A DNA stretch of 64,000 bases, from the NCBI RefSeq assembly GCF_009914755.1, contig NC_060940.1; one strand, given 5' to 3'. Position 1 is the first letter of the stretch. Every line of letters begins with the position of its first letter. Both the position numbers and the translations under genes were made by a program. The notes below the pieces were generated by a model, which saw nothing but the letters and a program-made list of their open reading frames with translations, ran no database searches and had not been told where the DNA came from. Shown here in pieces: positions 26,433 to 40,199 of this stretch. The stretch is from the human T2T-CHM13v2.0 reference genome, Homo sapiens.

Positions 26433-27974
26433 TGTGGTAGAGCTCCAGACATGGCCCTCGGTTGTTCCTATCTCCTGTTATTCATGCCCTTGGGTAATCC
26501 CCTCCCCCGAGTGTGGACTGGACTTAGTAAGTTGCTCTTAATGAATAAAAAATGGCAAAAGTGATGGAATATCCAGCCATAAAAGAAACGAAATTCTATC
26601 CACCACGAATACTAGGTAGCCATAAAAAAGAATGAGATCATGTCCTTTGCAGGAACATGGATGGAGCTGGAGGCCATTATCCTTAGCACACTAGCACAGA
26701 AACAGAAAGCCAAATACTGCACGTTCTCACTTATAAGTGGGAGCTAAATGATGAGAACACATGGACACATAGAGGGGAAGAACACACACTGGGGCCTTTC
26801 AGAGGGAGGAGCGAAAGGAGAGGATTGGGAAAAAATAACCAATGGGTACTGGGCTTAATACCTGGGTGACGAAATAATCTGTACAACAAACCCCCATGAC
26901 AAAAGTTTACCTAAGTAACAAACCTGCACTTGTATTCCTGAACTTAAAATAAAAAATTTTAATAAAAAGAGTGAAGTTCTGTCATTTACAGCAACATAGA
27001 TGGAACTGGAGGTCATTATGTTAAATGAAATAAGCCGGGCACAAAAAGACAAACATCACGTTCTCACTCATATGTGAGAGCTTTAAATAGTGAATCTCAT
27101 GGAGGTAGAGAATAGAACGATAGACACCAGAGACTGGGAAGGGTGTGTGGTAGGGGTGGGGAAAGAGGTTGGTCATGGGTACAAACAAGCAGTTAGATTG
27201 AAGGAATAAGTTACAATGTTTGATAGCAGAGTAGAGTTACCACAATTGATGACAATGTGGGTACCTTTCAAAATAGCTAGAAGAAAGAACTTGAAATGTT
27301 CCCAACACATAGAAATGATAAATGCTTGAGGCAAGGACTATCCTAAATGCCCTGACTTAATCATCACACCATCTATGAATATAAAAAATATCCCATGTTC
27401 CCCATAAACATGCACAAATATTTACATCAATTTTTAAAAAGTGATGGAATGTCACTTCCAAGATTAGGTTACAAGACTGTGACTTTCATGTTACTAGCCC
27501 CTCTGTCTGGCTCCTCCATGTACTCTGATAAAGCCAGCTGCCATCTTGTGAGCTTCTCTAGGAAGAGAATCAGCTAGCAAAGAATGGAGGGTGGCTTCCT
27601 GACCCACAGAAACGATGATAAATGTTTTGCTGTTTTGTTGCTGTTGTTGTTTTTAGCCAATCCTTTATTTTGCATGGTATTGCTCTTCTTTAAAAATATT
27701 TTTTCCAAGCTATTTATTTGTATTCTGCTTCTGCACCAAACCAATAAACCCCTGATCATTCATTTATTCCTTCATTTATTTAAATAAATGTGTACTGGAC
27801 CCATTAAGTACGAAGCACAGTAGCCATTGCATCTCACTCAATTTGGGTATATTTCCTCTAGTGTTCTTTTCCTCTGATCTGAGACCTCTTTTGATACATG
27901 TTATGCTAAATATTTGCTGCTTCTAAGCCAGTATGTTTGGGATATTTGTTATGCAGCAATACGCAACTAATACA
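26433..27974 (+). mobile_element. MLT1F-like MaLR LTR with nested insertions
   Basis: tgtggtag...ttcatgcccttgggtaatcccctccc...gtcacttccaagattaggtta...gcagcaatacgcaactaataca. Confidence 0.8.
26571..27436 (+). mobile_element. L1MA 3' end containing a younger L1PA 3' end (26598-26964)
   Basis: 14-bp TSD AAAAGTGATGGAAT at 26557-26570 and 27437-27450; two distinct L1 3'UTRs. Confidence 0.88.
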
Positions 27975-28208
27975 CTCTCTCTGCTAAGATACCAACCAGA
28001 CATATTTCTCTATGGTCTTGATGTCACTCAGTTGCATTGCAAGAAAACAGAACTGTCTTTCCTTCCCACCAACACCCAAAGGATCCTCTAGTGTGCAAGG
28101 ATAGAGATAGTGTCTTCACATAGCAAAGACACATTCTCTACAGCTGTAAATCTCCTCCCTGCCTTTTACCTCCTGAACAACACTTCTAAATTCTACTGAG
28201 GGTTAGGC

Positions 28209-28508
28209 TTTTTTTTTTTTTTTTTGAGACAGGTTCTTGCTCTGTCACTCAGGCTGGAGAGCAGTGGCATGATCACAGCTCACCACAGCCACACATCCCA
28301 AACTGAAGTGATCCTCCCACCTCAGCCCCTCAAGTAGCTGGGACTACAGGTGCACACCACCACACCCAGCTATTTCTTTTTAACTTTTTGTAAAAACAGG
28401 GTCTCACTATGTTGCCCAGGCTAGACTTGAACTCCTGGCCTCAAGCAATCCTCCCATCTCGGCCTCCTAAATTGCTGGGATTTCTGGTGTGAGCCACTGC
28501 ACCTGGCC
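28209..28508 (-). mobile_element. AluJ
   Basis: Full dimer with poly-T. Confidence 0.92.
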
Positions 28509-29829
28509 TAGACGTTTTTCAAAACAAAAGCCAGGAAGACTTGCTGGTGAGTTCTGTTTCATGCCCTGCCACATCCATCCCTTGGGGCAGTGGAGTGCCA
28601 GCCTGATCATCTACTCTAATTAGGTAGGGATGATTTCATATTTAATGCTATCCAAAGGTGGTGATGCTCTTTGTCCTAGGTTTCCATTGTTATTGCAACC
28701 TACTTTTCAAATAATAAATAACGCACCCACCATCATCTCAGTTGCATTCCTCACTCTTGAGGTAAGTATTTCATAAACTTATAAAAATATTATTGGGAGT
28801 GGGATGGGGAGTAGAATACTGGGCCTGTAAGATTCTTCTCAGAAAGGTTTTTGTGCTCAAATAAGTTTTTAAAATACTGTATCTTATACTGTCCCTCTTG
28901 GAGATTCAAGAGGGACACATGAGCAGATTTGAGACTTTTACAAGTCCTCCCATTTTTTAAAGTGTGTTTGTTTAACCTAAAATTCATTGAAACACAGAGC
29001 CCTTTCTTTTCTACCTATTAACCTCCTGTGAAAAGCACTTTTCGAAAACGAAACAGTACCTGCATTACCAGACTTGCTGTTCTGTTTCACCGTTCCATGC
29101 CTTTTTCTGTAGTATTTCCTGGGCCTGAAATGTCTTTCCCCTCACATTGAACTCCTGGTTGCAAGTTAAAAGCTTCTCCATGACCTCAACAACACCCTGA
29201 TGGAGTGAAGCACAGCCCTCCTCCAAGCCATCTCTAGGACATGGGTATGATTCCATGGTTGCATTCCTCATACTTTACTAAAACACATATTAACATGCCT
29301 GCCTCACTTCAAAGCCTCTAAGTTCTGTGTGGAGCTGGACTGCGTCTTGTTCCTTCCGCATCCCAGCCTCTAGCACGGTCTTGCCACACTGCTGTGAACT
29401 TTACTCAGCCTATCTCATTTGCTGCCCAGAGTCCTGCTATGATCTTCTCCGTTCTGTGGGAGAAAACTGAAGTCAGTAAATGATGGAGCTAAGAGCGTTA
29501 ACAATGTATCAAAATCCAACAGTTTATCAGTATCCAAGATTTGCATAACCTATCCACCAAGCTATTTCCTTCTGTTACGTGAATACACCGTGAGGGTTTG
29601 GGATAGATTTGAAAAACTATGACTTAAAACCCAAGGTGAGACCCGTGGAGGAAAAGCACCCCAAGGCTTTGATGTGAAAATAGAGCACTTTCTCCTTTGG
29701 GACTGTAAGTTTGGAAATACAGCATGACTTCTGAGAGTTTACAGCTGCTTTGTAGACTTTTCCACCTTGGAACTAATCCCAAACAGAAAGGGAACCAGCA
29801 TGATCCATTCTGAATGCACCCTTGTGTGC

Positions 29830-30100
29830 ATCCCAGAGCGCAGATGGTCACGGACCACAAAGCAAATCCCTCTAATGTTATGTGACTCAGGGCTGGAGGA
29901 TTTGTCCGCCAGCCTCAGCCCCCCATTGTCCATCTTCCTTTCCCTTGTCAAAGCCATTTGACAGCCGTAGCAACCGAGACATTTCCTTTCTCTTTGGATT
30001 TGTCTCTTTCATGCTTCTCACCCCCCACCGTGCCCCCATTGGCTGTCCGTTCCGTTCGGCTCATCAGTCTTGCTCTAAAATTGGTTTTATTTCTTGTATT
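29830..30100. promoter_or_regulatory. Candidate enhancer or low-CpG promoter
   Basis: Repeat-free and CpG-retaining; E-box, RUNX, AP-1, RFX half-site and NF-Y CCAAT motifs. Motif evidence only. Confidence 0.4.
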
Positions 30101-30701
30101 TGTCTTATCTGAGGTTCTCATTACTTGAATCTCTCTCACTTGCACTTAAGAGTTTATCATCATTCCCATTGTGCTGCTTTTACTGCTGTCATCTGTCTCA
30201 CTCCACGTCTGCTGCTTCCCTACTCCCGGCTTCCCTCCCTCCTCAAGTTTACCCTTCATGGCTGTCTTGTTCCTAATACGTGTCATAGACTTTGGATCAT
30301 TTTCACAAGGCACAGGCTTTCTTCCTGTTTTATTTGAGATTTTTGTCCTCCGTCAACAATTCACTTCATTCTTTTCCTTCTCTCTATTTTCCCAAGGATC
30401 TCATTCCCAGTATTTATGGAGATGGGTTTGCTGAATGTCTTTTCCGCTACCTTTGCCTCTGTGGTTTTCCCTGCATTGCAACGTGCCTTATTAGGAAGGA
30501 TAATCATGCCCATTAAACTTCAGGAACATCTGTCTCAGAGAGAAGACTGTGTTTCTTGTTCGTCTCCTAAAACCGTATGGGGTTTCTGCCAAGGACTAGG
30601 GACCAGCATCCTGGAAAACATCCTCCTCACCTGAAGTGGGGTCACCTGCCGTCATCTCAGAGAGCAGAAAATGAGCTTCCAAGACAGAAAGGAAAAACAC
30701 C

Positions 30702-31214
30702 TGCTGTTGTTCAAATGTGCTCCCCAAAGTTTACATGTTGACAACAGTGTTGAGAGGTGGGATCTTTAAGAGGTGGTTAAGTCATGAGGGCTCTACCTTA
30801 ATGATGGATTAATGCCGTTATGGTTCCTCATCATGGAAGTGAGTTGTTTTTTTTTTTCTTGACAGAGTTTCACTCTTGTCGCCCACGCTGGAGTGCAACA
30901 GCATGATCTCGGCTCACTGCAACCTCTACCTCCTGGGTTCAAGCAAGTCTCCTGCCTCAGCCTCCTGAGTAGCTGGAATTACAGGTGCCAGCCACCACAC
31001 CTGGCTAATCTTTTTGTATTTTTAGTAGAGATGGGGTTTCACCATGTTGGCCAGGCTGGTCTCGAACTCTTGACCTCTTTATCTACCTGCCTTGGCCTCT
31101 CAAAGTGCTGGGATTACAGGTGTGAGCCACTGCACCTGGCCGGAAGTGGGTTCTTGATAAAAGGATGAATTATAAGTTTGCACCCCCTTCTCTGTCTCTG
31201 TCTCTTTCTCTCTC

Positions 31215-31245
<31 letters not shown>

Positions 31246-31417
31246 CTCTCTCTCACTTGCTTGTCCTTCTACTTTCACCATGGGATGACACAGCAAGAAG
31301 ACCCTTGCCAGATATAGTCTCGACCTTCGACTCCCCAGCCTCCAGAACTGTAAGAAATAGATCTCTGTTCCTTATAAATTACCCAGCCTGTTATAGCAAC
31401 ACAAAGAAACTAAGACA
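30702..31417 (+). mobile_element. MST-family MaLR LTR split by an Alu and a (TC)n tract
   Basis: gaggtgggatctttaagaggtggttaagtcatgaggg...ccagcctccagaactgtaagaaata...actaagaca; TSD RCACC. Confidence 0.85.
30847..31141 (-). mobile_element. AluS
   Basis: TSD GGAAGTG(A/G)GTT. Confidence 0.92.
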
Positions 31418-31805
31418 GCACCCAAGACCTCCTTTGCTAAGAGCCCTCAGAATGTCTCCCATCCTTCGAACTGGCCAGGTTCCTTCAGAGCTTACTGCAC
31501 GAGGCCTATGGCTGATGAAGACAGGAAGAATGCAGGCCAAGAACCTCCAGGAACTAGCAGGAGCTGGGAGGAGGAGGGACACTTTCCTTTCCACACCTAA
31601 GAGCAAAGCTCTGCACCTGGACCACCAAAATGAGTCGGGGCAGAAATTAACGCTCTTTCTTCTCCCTGAGGAGCCCATCACCGATCTCTTGCCCTAGGGC
31701 TAGTGCCCTCTTCTCAAAAGAGCAGCTTAAAATAATACAATGGGCATTGGTGTTAGGATCTGAAATTTAGGGTTTGAAAGCTGGCTCCACCATTACAGTT
31801 TCTTA

Positions 31806-32324
<519 letters not shown>

Positions 32325-34617
32325 TTATTATTTGTTCTGGGCAAGGGGTGGAGGAGATAAAAGAAAAGTATGCCCCAGGCTGCAACAATTTCGACACAAA
32401 TAAACAGAAACCTGGTGGATAACCAGGAGACTTGCTTGGATATTTTAAGCTTCCCATCCTTCAACAATGGATTATCTTATGCAGACTGACGATGTAATAG
32501 TTCCATGGGGTTTTTTTTAATCCTCCATGAAGAACCAAGATTATGCATTTTCCCCTCTGCCAGATACACACAAAGAAAGCAGGACACCAAAATGGGATCT
32601 ATGCAGTGTGGGGGAGAGTCAATTTTCCTCTCATCATGGCATCTCTCAGCAGGTAAATATTGATTACATTCTCCTAGTGCCTCAAGCCATTATTTCTGAT
32701 ACAACTGCTTGCTTCCAGATATGAATTTTCCCCCCCCTCGTCTCCATGGGGATATCAGACAGAATGAGGGGGAAATTTTCCCTAAAGAAGTTTGGCAGAA
32801 AAACACCTTCTAATTATGAGCATTTAATTCACATCCCCAATACTGATATCCTTTGGAAATAACAGCAAGTATCCACCTTGAAGATAATTCTTCACTCAAT
32901 ACCACCTGCTGTTCAGGAAAACAGAGTACCAGCCCTGACCCAGAAGGTAGAGAAAAGTCCAGAAACCCGTTGACTGTTGAAAAACATGCCTGAGGTCTGG
33001 TGCTATCGGTTTTTATATGAATTATTGATGCAACTTTGGGATCTTTTGGGTAGTGAAGGTATCAGGTGTGAGAAGGTGGCAGGCATGTTATAGTGGAATT
33101 GACAAGAGCTGGTGATTAAACCTGTAACCCCATGCATGGTGCTAACACTATTTTGCTGATATCCTAGAAGGTGCTCACTGTCAAATCCTGTCTTGAGCAG
33201 AAATGCATCCCAGGCAAGGTTTATGCACAGTGCCCAAGGACATCCTCCCCTGACAACAGCTCCGTGGTCATGAGCGGGAGAGAGAAACAAATACTGAGTC
33301 TTGGTCTTATGCTCATCAGAACAATCTCCATCTTCAGAGCCTAAGTGCCTACCAAGTTCCAAGTGCTCACAGTAAAATTGCAAGAAGCACAAATTCAATG
33401 GAAAAAAAACATCCCTGCCTTAGTTTGTGTTCCATCTAGCAAGATGGAGCACACGCCTCAGAATTATTTGGCAATCCTAGGACTGCGAAGGTTATGGTAT
33501 TTATCCACCAACTCCATCTGCCATTGGGTGACTTCCAGGGGCATTAACTCCTTGGCCTTTCCAGCCTGCCCTTTGTGCTGGGTGTCTGATCTTGTGGCCA
33601 GAAAAGAAAAGCCCTCAAGAAGAAAGCTGGAAGTAAGTAACCTTCAGCTTGCAAAGGAGAGTACCCAGGGGAGGTGGGTGGAGTACCGAGAACATCTACT
33701 CTAGCCCCCACCAGCGTATTTGGGGGATCTGTTGTTAAAGATCCCAGTTCATGTGTTGGCCCATAATTAGTCATTTAGTATGACCAGAAGAACACTGATT
33801 TGTACTGCAGAAAGGAAGAGGCCTTGTAAGCTACTTAGACTTTCTAAAAGTGGTCTTTTTATCTGCCACATGAGAAAGTGATGTCTTTCCTACTCACTTC
33901 ATGGAATTATGATGAATGCATTTATGTCACCCGACCTCCAACCTTGCTAAAACTATTCAATGACTTCCAGCATCTCTTAAGATTAAAGCCTAAATCCACT
34001 GCATGGTCCACAAGGCACTGTACGATCTCTCTCTCTCTCTCTCCATCCATATTCCCTCCCCCACTGCCCACTTCTTGCCCCTCCTCTCATGTCCTCCCCA
34101 CCTCATTCTATGTGCTCAGTCTTCCAGTGACCATCCCTTCCTCTCTGAGGGTCACTTACTTCCTCCCACCAAGTGTTCTTTGCACATGTGTGCTCCTCTG
34201 TCTAGAATGCTTGCCATCACAACTACCACCATTATCACCATCTCCGTCCTTTATCCCGTCAAGTCATATCCATCCTACAGTTTTCAGTGCAAACATCACA
34301 CCTCCAGAGAGGCGATACTGGACGGTTTAATTCTGAGGTTAAAATTGTCATACTCCCTGTAGGCATCAGTAGAATACTCTCAGAGGGCAGACTCGTGAAT
34401 GCATCAGAAGCCTAAAAAAATGGGCGCACTTTGACCCAACAATCTACACATAAGAATTTGTTCTAAGCAAATGCTTCCTTCCAATGCAGGTAAAAAGATC
34501 AAGGGTGTTTATTTCAGGATGGACGATGGAAGGGTTGGAAGGTAAAGGAAACCAGGAAAGAAAGGAAACAAACTAAATATCCAACACTAGGTGATTGATT
34601 TAATATTATATACATAC

Positions 34618-34925
34618 TGATATGATTTGGCCATGTCCCCACCCAAATCTCATCTTGAATTATAGCTCCCATATTTCCCATGTGTTGGGGGAAGGACCTG
34701 GTGGGAGGTAATTGAATCATGGGGGTGGTTTCCCCTATACTGTTCTCATCGTAGTGAATAAATCTCACAAGATATGATGATTTTCACTTGGCTCTCATTT
34801 CCTTTCTTGTCTGCCGCCATGTAAGACATACCTTGCTCTTCTGCCATGATTGTGAAGCCTTCCCAGCCATGTGTAATGATGACTCACAGTTATGTCTTTA
34901 TCAGCAGTGTGAAAATGGATATATA
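34618..34925 (+). mobile_element. THE1 solo LTR with internal deletions
   Basis: tgatatgatttggccatgtccccacccaaatctcatcttgaatt...ctttatcagcagtgtgaaaatgga. Confidence 0.88.
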
Positions 34926-36467
34926 TATATATATCTCCAATAGAATACTACTACTCAACCATGAAAAATGATGATACATATGTATAATTATTGATATAAA
35001 AAGAGGTTTGTGATATATTACTAATTTGAAAAATGGATCACAGAATCCTATATTCAATACTAATATGTTCTGTAGGTATGTTCAGCAAGACCTCAAATCT
35101 ACTGGGGGGATGTGTTTGCAGGCATGACCACAAAATGTTTGACAATATTTAAAATGAGTTTCCTCTCCTCTCCTCTACTTCCTTTGATTCTGTGTTACCT
35201 AAGTTTTCTACATCAAACTTAATAAAAAGGTATCAATTCTGAAGAAGAAGTAATAAACTTGACACATTCAGCCACCCCAAAAAATTGCCCTTTCAGTACT
35301 TTGCATCTTTTCCCTTGGTTGAGGGGAAGAAAAATCACATGACTGGGATTGATCATGGAGAAACAGAACCATCCAAGTCAAGGGAAAATTAGGGACTGGT
35401 TTTCTGTCTTCCACTTTTCTCCTTTTCAACCTCTGTCTTTGCATGAACGACTCCTTCTCCAAGACCCTTTCCTCTCCCCACACACAATTCCATGTAACTC
35501 CAAGTGCCATCTAAATCAGAAAGGAAACACAGAAGATTAAACCTCAGACTAAGAGTTTCTCCATCCTTCACACTCATGGATAATTCCCTAAGGTTATAAC
35601 CAATTTGAGGTACCTTAGTTCCCTTTCATCTGCTCCTCTGTCAGAGCTATCCTGAGGAGTTCACAGTCTTTAAAAACAGAGGCCAGGATGGTCAGAACCA
35701 AAAGGAGATAAGCATATGTTTGTGCAAGCTGAAAAATTGTCCTATATGGAACAGTCAGAATAAATCACTAAAAGCAGTTTCAGACAAGCACTACAGAGAA
35801 AAACTGTTAATTACTGGTATTACCATTGATATGTATTCATTTGAGACTTCTGTTCAGGAAAGGCAATTGCTTGGTCCTATTACATAACCAAAATCAAGAG
35901 AATTTACAAAGAAAGGTGGGGGGAAACATTCTCAGCTCAGACAAAAGGATTGAAAGAAAACGAGACAAGCGATATTTTCTGGGGATTTACTGAGACAAAT
36001 CTGCACAGAAAAGAATATGAACATGCTCAGTTTCATACAAATATCACCCATTCTCACATGGCTTTATTCTCTGCATATAAATTTCAAGTTTGAAAGAGCT
36101 CAGACAGAGACCCTTTTAAGAGACTTCTCTGCACTCAAAAGGTTTCCTCCTTATCAAAAGTGACTTTCGTTCTTAGTTAAGTCCTTTGGAAAAAAATATA
36201 TATATAATAATAAAACTGCAGGGCTTAATACCACAGAGTGAGGACTCTAATCCAGAAGACCTAGGTTCAAGATCCATTTCTTCCCCAACATAGCTCAGTG
36301 ACACTTGGCAGGTTCCTGGAGGTTTCTGAGCATCTTTCCTCACATGTAAAATGAACATAATACTACCTCATAGAGATGTGTAAATCTAAATCTGCATGAA
36401 GCACTCCATCAGTCAGCATCAGACCAGGAAAAAGAAACCACTTGAGCATTTCAAACAGCAGGATTTT

Positions 36468-36750
36468 TTTTTTAAGACGGAGTTTCATTATTGTCACTCA
36501 GGCTGGAGTGCAATGGCGCAAATTTCAGCTCACTGCAACCTCCACCTCCCAGGTTCAAGCGATTCTCCAGCCTCAGCCTCCCGAGTAGCTAGGATTACAG
36601 GCGCCCGCCACCACTCCTGGCTAACTTTTGTATTTTTAGTAGAGACGGGGTTTCACCATGTTGGCCAGGCTGGTCTCAAACTCCTGACCTCTGATGATCT
36701 GCCTGCCTCAGCCTCCCAAAGTGCACTGGTATCAGCCACCGTGCCTGGCC
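36468..36750 (-). mobile_element. AluS
   Basis: TSD AGCAGGATTTT. Confidence 0.92.
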
Positions 36751-37603
36751 AGCAGGATTTTAACACAGGGAATTAGTTGCACAGGTGACAAAGGACTGAG
36801 ATGCTAAATGGGACAGTGAGGCAATCCTATTTTAATGCAATACCTTTAAAAGCCTAGATGGATGCAGAAAAAGCCTCCATGATGAAGAAAATATCAAAAT
36901 TCTAAATAAAGACAGGATCCAAATCTGCAGTTGCACAATCCAGTGTCATTTGCTTCATCTGGCCCTGTCAGACATTAATAAACAGCAGAAATCTGCCACA
37001 ACACCTGGGGCGAGGGACAAAGGGAGAAGGGGTATTAATGAAGCCCAGGGCAAAGGCTAAGCCCAACCCATGGGATCTGGAGCCACAGAGGAGACGTAGC
37101 TGCTCCAGAGATGCCAGGGGAGACAAAGAGGAAGCAACGCCATGGTTTACGCCTTCCTCCTTCGTCCTAGGCTTCCATCAGTACCTCCCATTGGCCAACT
37201 TCAGATACAAGTCTACCCAATGTGGGAGCCTGGAACTATGTCTGCAGGAGGAGGACAAAGGGTGGATCTGAGGCCAAACAGGCCGAGGAAGGCTGGGGTT
37301 CTTCATTCAGTTTCTCTCCCACCTCGAATGTCCAGAAGTAACTACTCCATTCATAAAGGTGGGGAGAAGAGATCAATTGCGAATATGTTTTAAAGAATGA
37401 ATTTGAAGATAATTTTTTGATGAGGTGAATGTGGAGGGTAAGAGAGGATGACATCAAGGCTTTGGGCCTGAGCCTCAAGAAGCATGGAGTTGAGTATTAG
37501 CTGAATCTCCGTATTAACTGAAATTAGGTGAATTGTGAGTGAGGTATATGCTTGGGTAGTGGGAATTCATGAGTCTGGCATCATAAGTGCTAAGTTTGAG
37601 ATA

Positions 37604-38285
<682 letters not shown>

Positions 38286-38681
38286 AGATATCACATACAA
38301 ACCCAAGTGAAACAGTCAAGAGGCAGTTGGATAGATGAGTCTAGAGTCCAAGAAATAGGTCTATGCTGGAGACGTAGCTCTATTTACATATAAAAATATT
38401 TAGAAATATAGCTTTGCCAACTTCATGTATTCAGCTAAGTACTTCTGGTTATAATCAGAAATCCAACTCCAGCTAGTTTAAGGAACAGCAGGAAATTTAT
38501 TGGACCACAGATCTGAACGCCCAGATGCAATGGTTTCAGATACAGGCAGATCCTGGGGCTCAAACATTGTCAAATGTCTCTCTCCATCTCTCACTTCTGC
38601 TTTTCCTCCTTGTTGGCTCCATATGCAAACAAGCCCACCTGCTGTGATGGGAGACATAGCTACAAAAAGTACTAATACATT

Positions 38682-39255
38682 CTTTTTTACTGAGACAAAA
38701 TTAGCATAACATAATCTAATCATTTTAAACTGTACCATTCAGTGGCATTTAGTACATTCACAGTGTTGTGCAACCATCACATCTATCTGGTCTCAAAACA
38801 TTTTCATCACTTCAAAAAGGGAAACCATACCCACGAACTGATCCCTCCCTTTCCTCCCTTCCCTCAGTCCCTGTTTTCTGTGTCTGTAGATTTGCTTATT
38901 CTGCATATTGAATATAAGTGGGATCGTATAATCTATGGCCTGCTGTCTCTAGATTAGTGCACTTAGCAGAACGTTTTCCAGGTTCATCCATGTCGTTGCC
39001 TGTATCAGTACTTCATTCCTTTTCATCGTCGAATAATATTCCATTATATGGAGATATTACATTTTCTTCATCCATTCATCAGTTAATGGACATTTGAATT
39101 ATTTCCCATTTGAGCTAATGTGAATTTCACTGCTATGAAATTCATTAACAAGTTTTGTTTGAATGCCTGTTTTCAATTACTTTTGGTATATAACTAGGAG
39201 TGAAATTGCTGGGTTATATGATAATTCTATGTTTAACTTTTTGAAGAACTATCTT
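38682..39255 (-). mobile_element. L1MB 3' end inside an old MLT1 LTR (approx. 38427-39535)
   Basis: cagtggcatttagtacattcacagtgttgtgcaaccatcac and further antisense L1 3'UTR motifs. Confidence 0.85.
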
Positions 39256-39901
39256 ATATGGTCCTAGCAACCACCAGAGGAATAGAGTTTCTCCCTCCAG
39301 AAAGATCCAGCAAAGTACTTTTGAGTCTCATTAGCCTATCTTTGGTCACACGTCCATCCCTGAACCAATCATTGTGAACAGGAAGATGAAACACTCTTTG
39401 ATGAAAATATGTCCACATCTACAGTGAAGAAAGCTCTCTACCCAAACCATATGAACTGAGGAAGTGGGATAGGTGGTCCATTCAAAGGAAGGTCAAAGTG
39501 GTGTTAGCAGAAGAGGAGAGAAGAGATAACTGGAAGACCAAAACAAGGGATGTTCACCTCACCAAGGAAGCGATAAATAACTGCTTTAGATCATCGTGTG
39601 AGAATGTGTGATGGGCACTTAATACATGTCAAGCACCATAATACTCTGCAGAGAGTATTAGTATCCCCATTGCACAGATGAGAAAAATGAAGCTCAGAGA
39701 ATTTAAGTAACTTGTCCAAGTTCACACTCTTAGAAAGTGATTGAGCTGGGACATGAACCCATGTCTGTCCAATGCCAAAGCTCCTATCCATGCTGGTGCT
39801 TTGCTGAGTGGAAGGCACTGGGCATGAAATAATCTGGATGACTGCTTGGTGAAGGGTCAATGTCCTAAATTCTCCATGCTAGGTACCAAAGTTTCCATTT
39901 C

Positions 39902-40199
39902 TTTTTTTTTTTTTTTTGAGACAAGGTCTCGCTCTGTCACCCAGGCTAGAGTACAGTTGTGCAATCATAGCTCACTGCAGCTTTGACCTCCTGGGCTCAA
40001 GCGATCCTCTCACCTTAGCCTCCTGAGTAGCTGGGACCATAGGCATGCTCCACTACTCCCAGCTAATTTTTTAATTTTAAGTAAAGACAGGGTCTCGCGA
40101 TGTTGCCCAGATTGGTCTCCAATTCCTAGGCACAAGTGATCCTCCCACCACAGCATCCCAAAGTGCTGAGATTACAGGCATGAGCCACCGTGCCTGGCC
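39902..40199 (-). mobile_element. AluJ
   Basis: Full dimer with J diagnostics. Confidence 0.92.
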
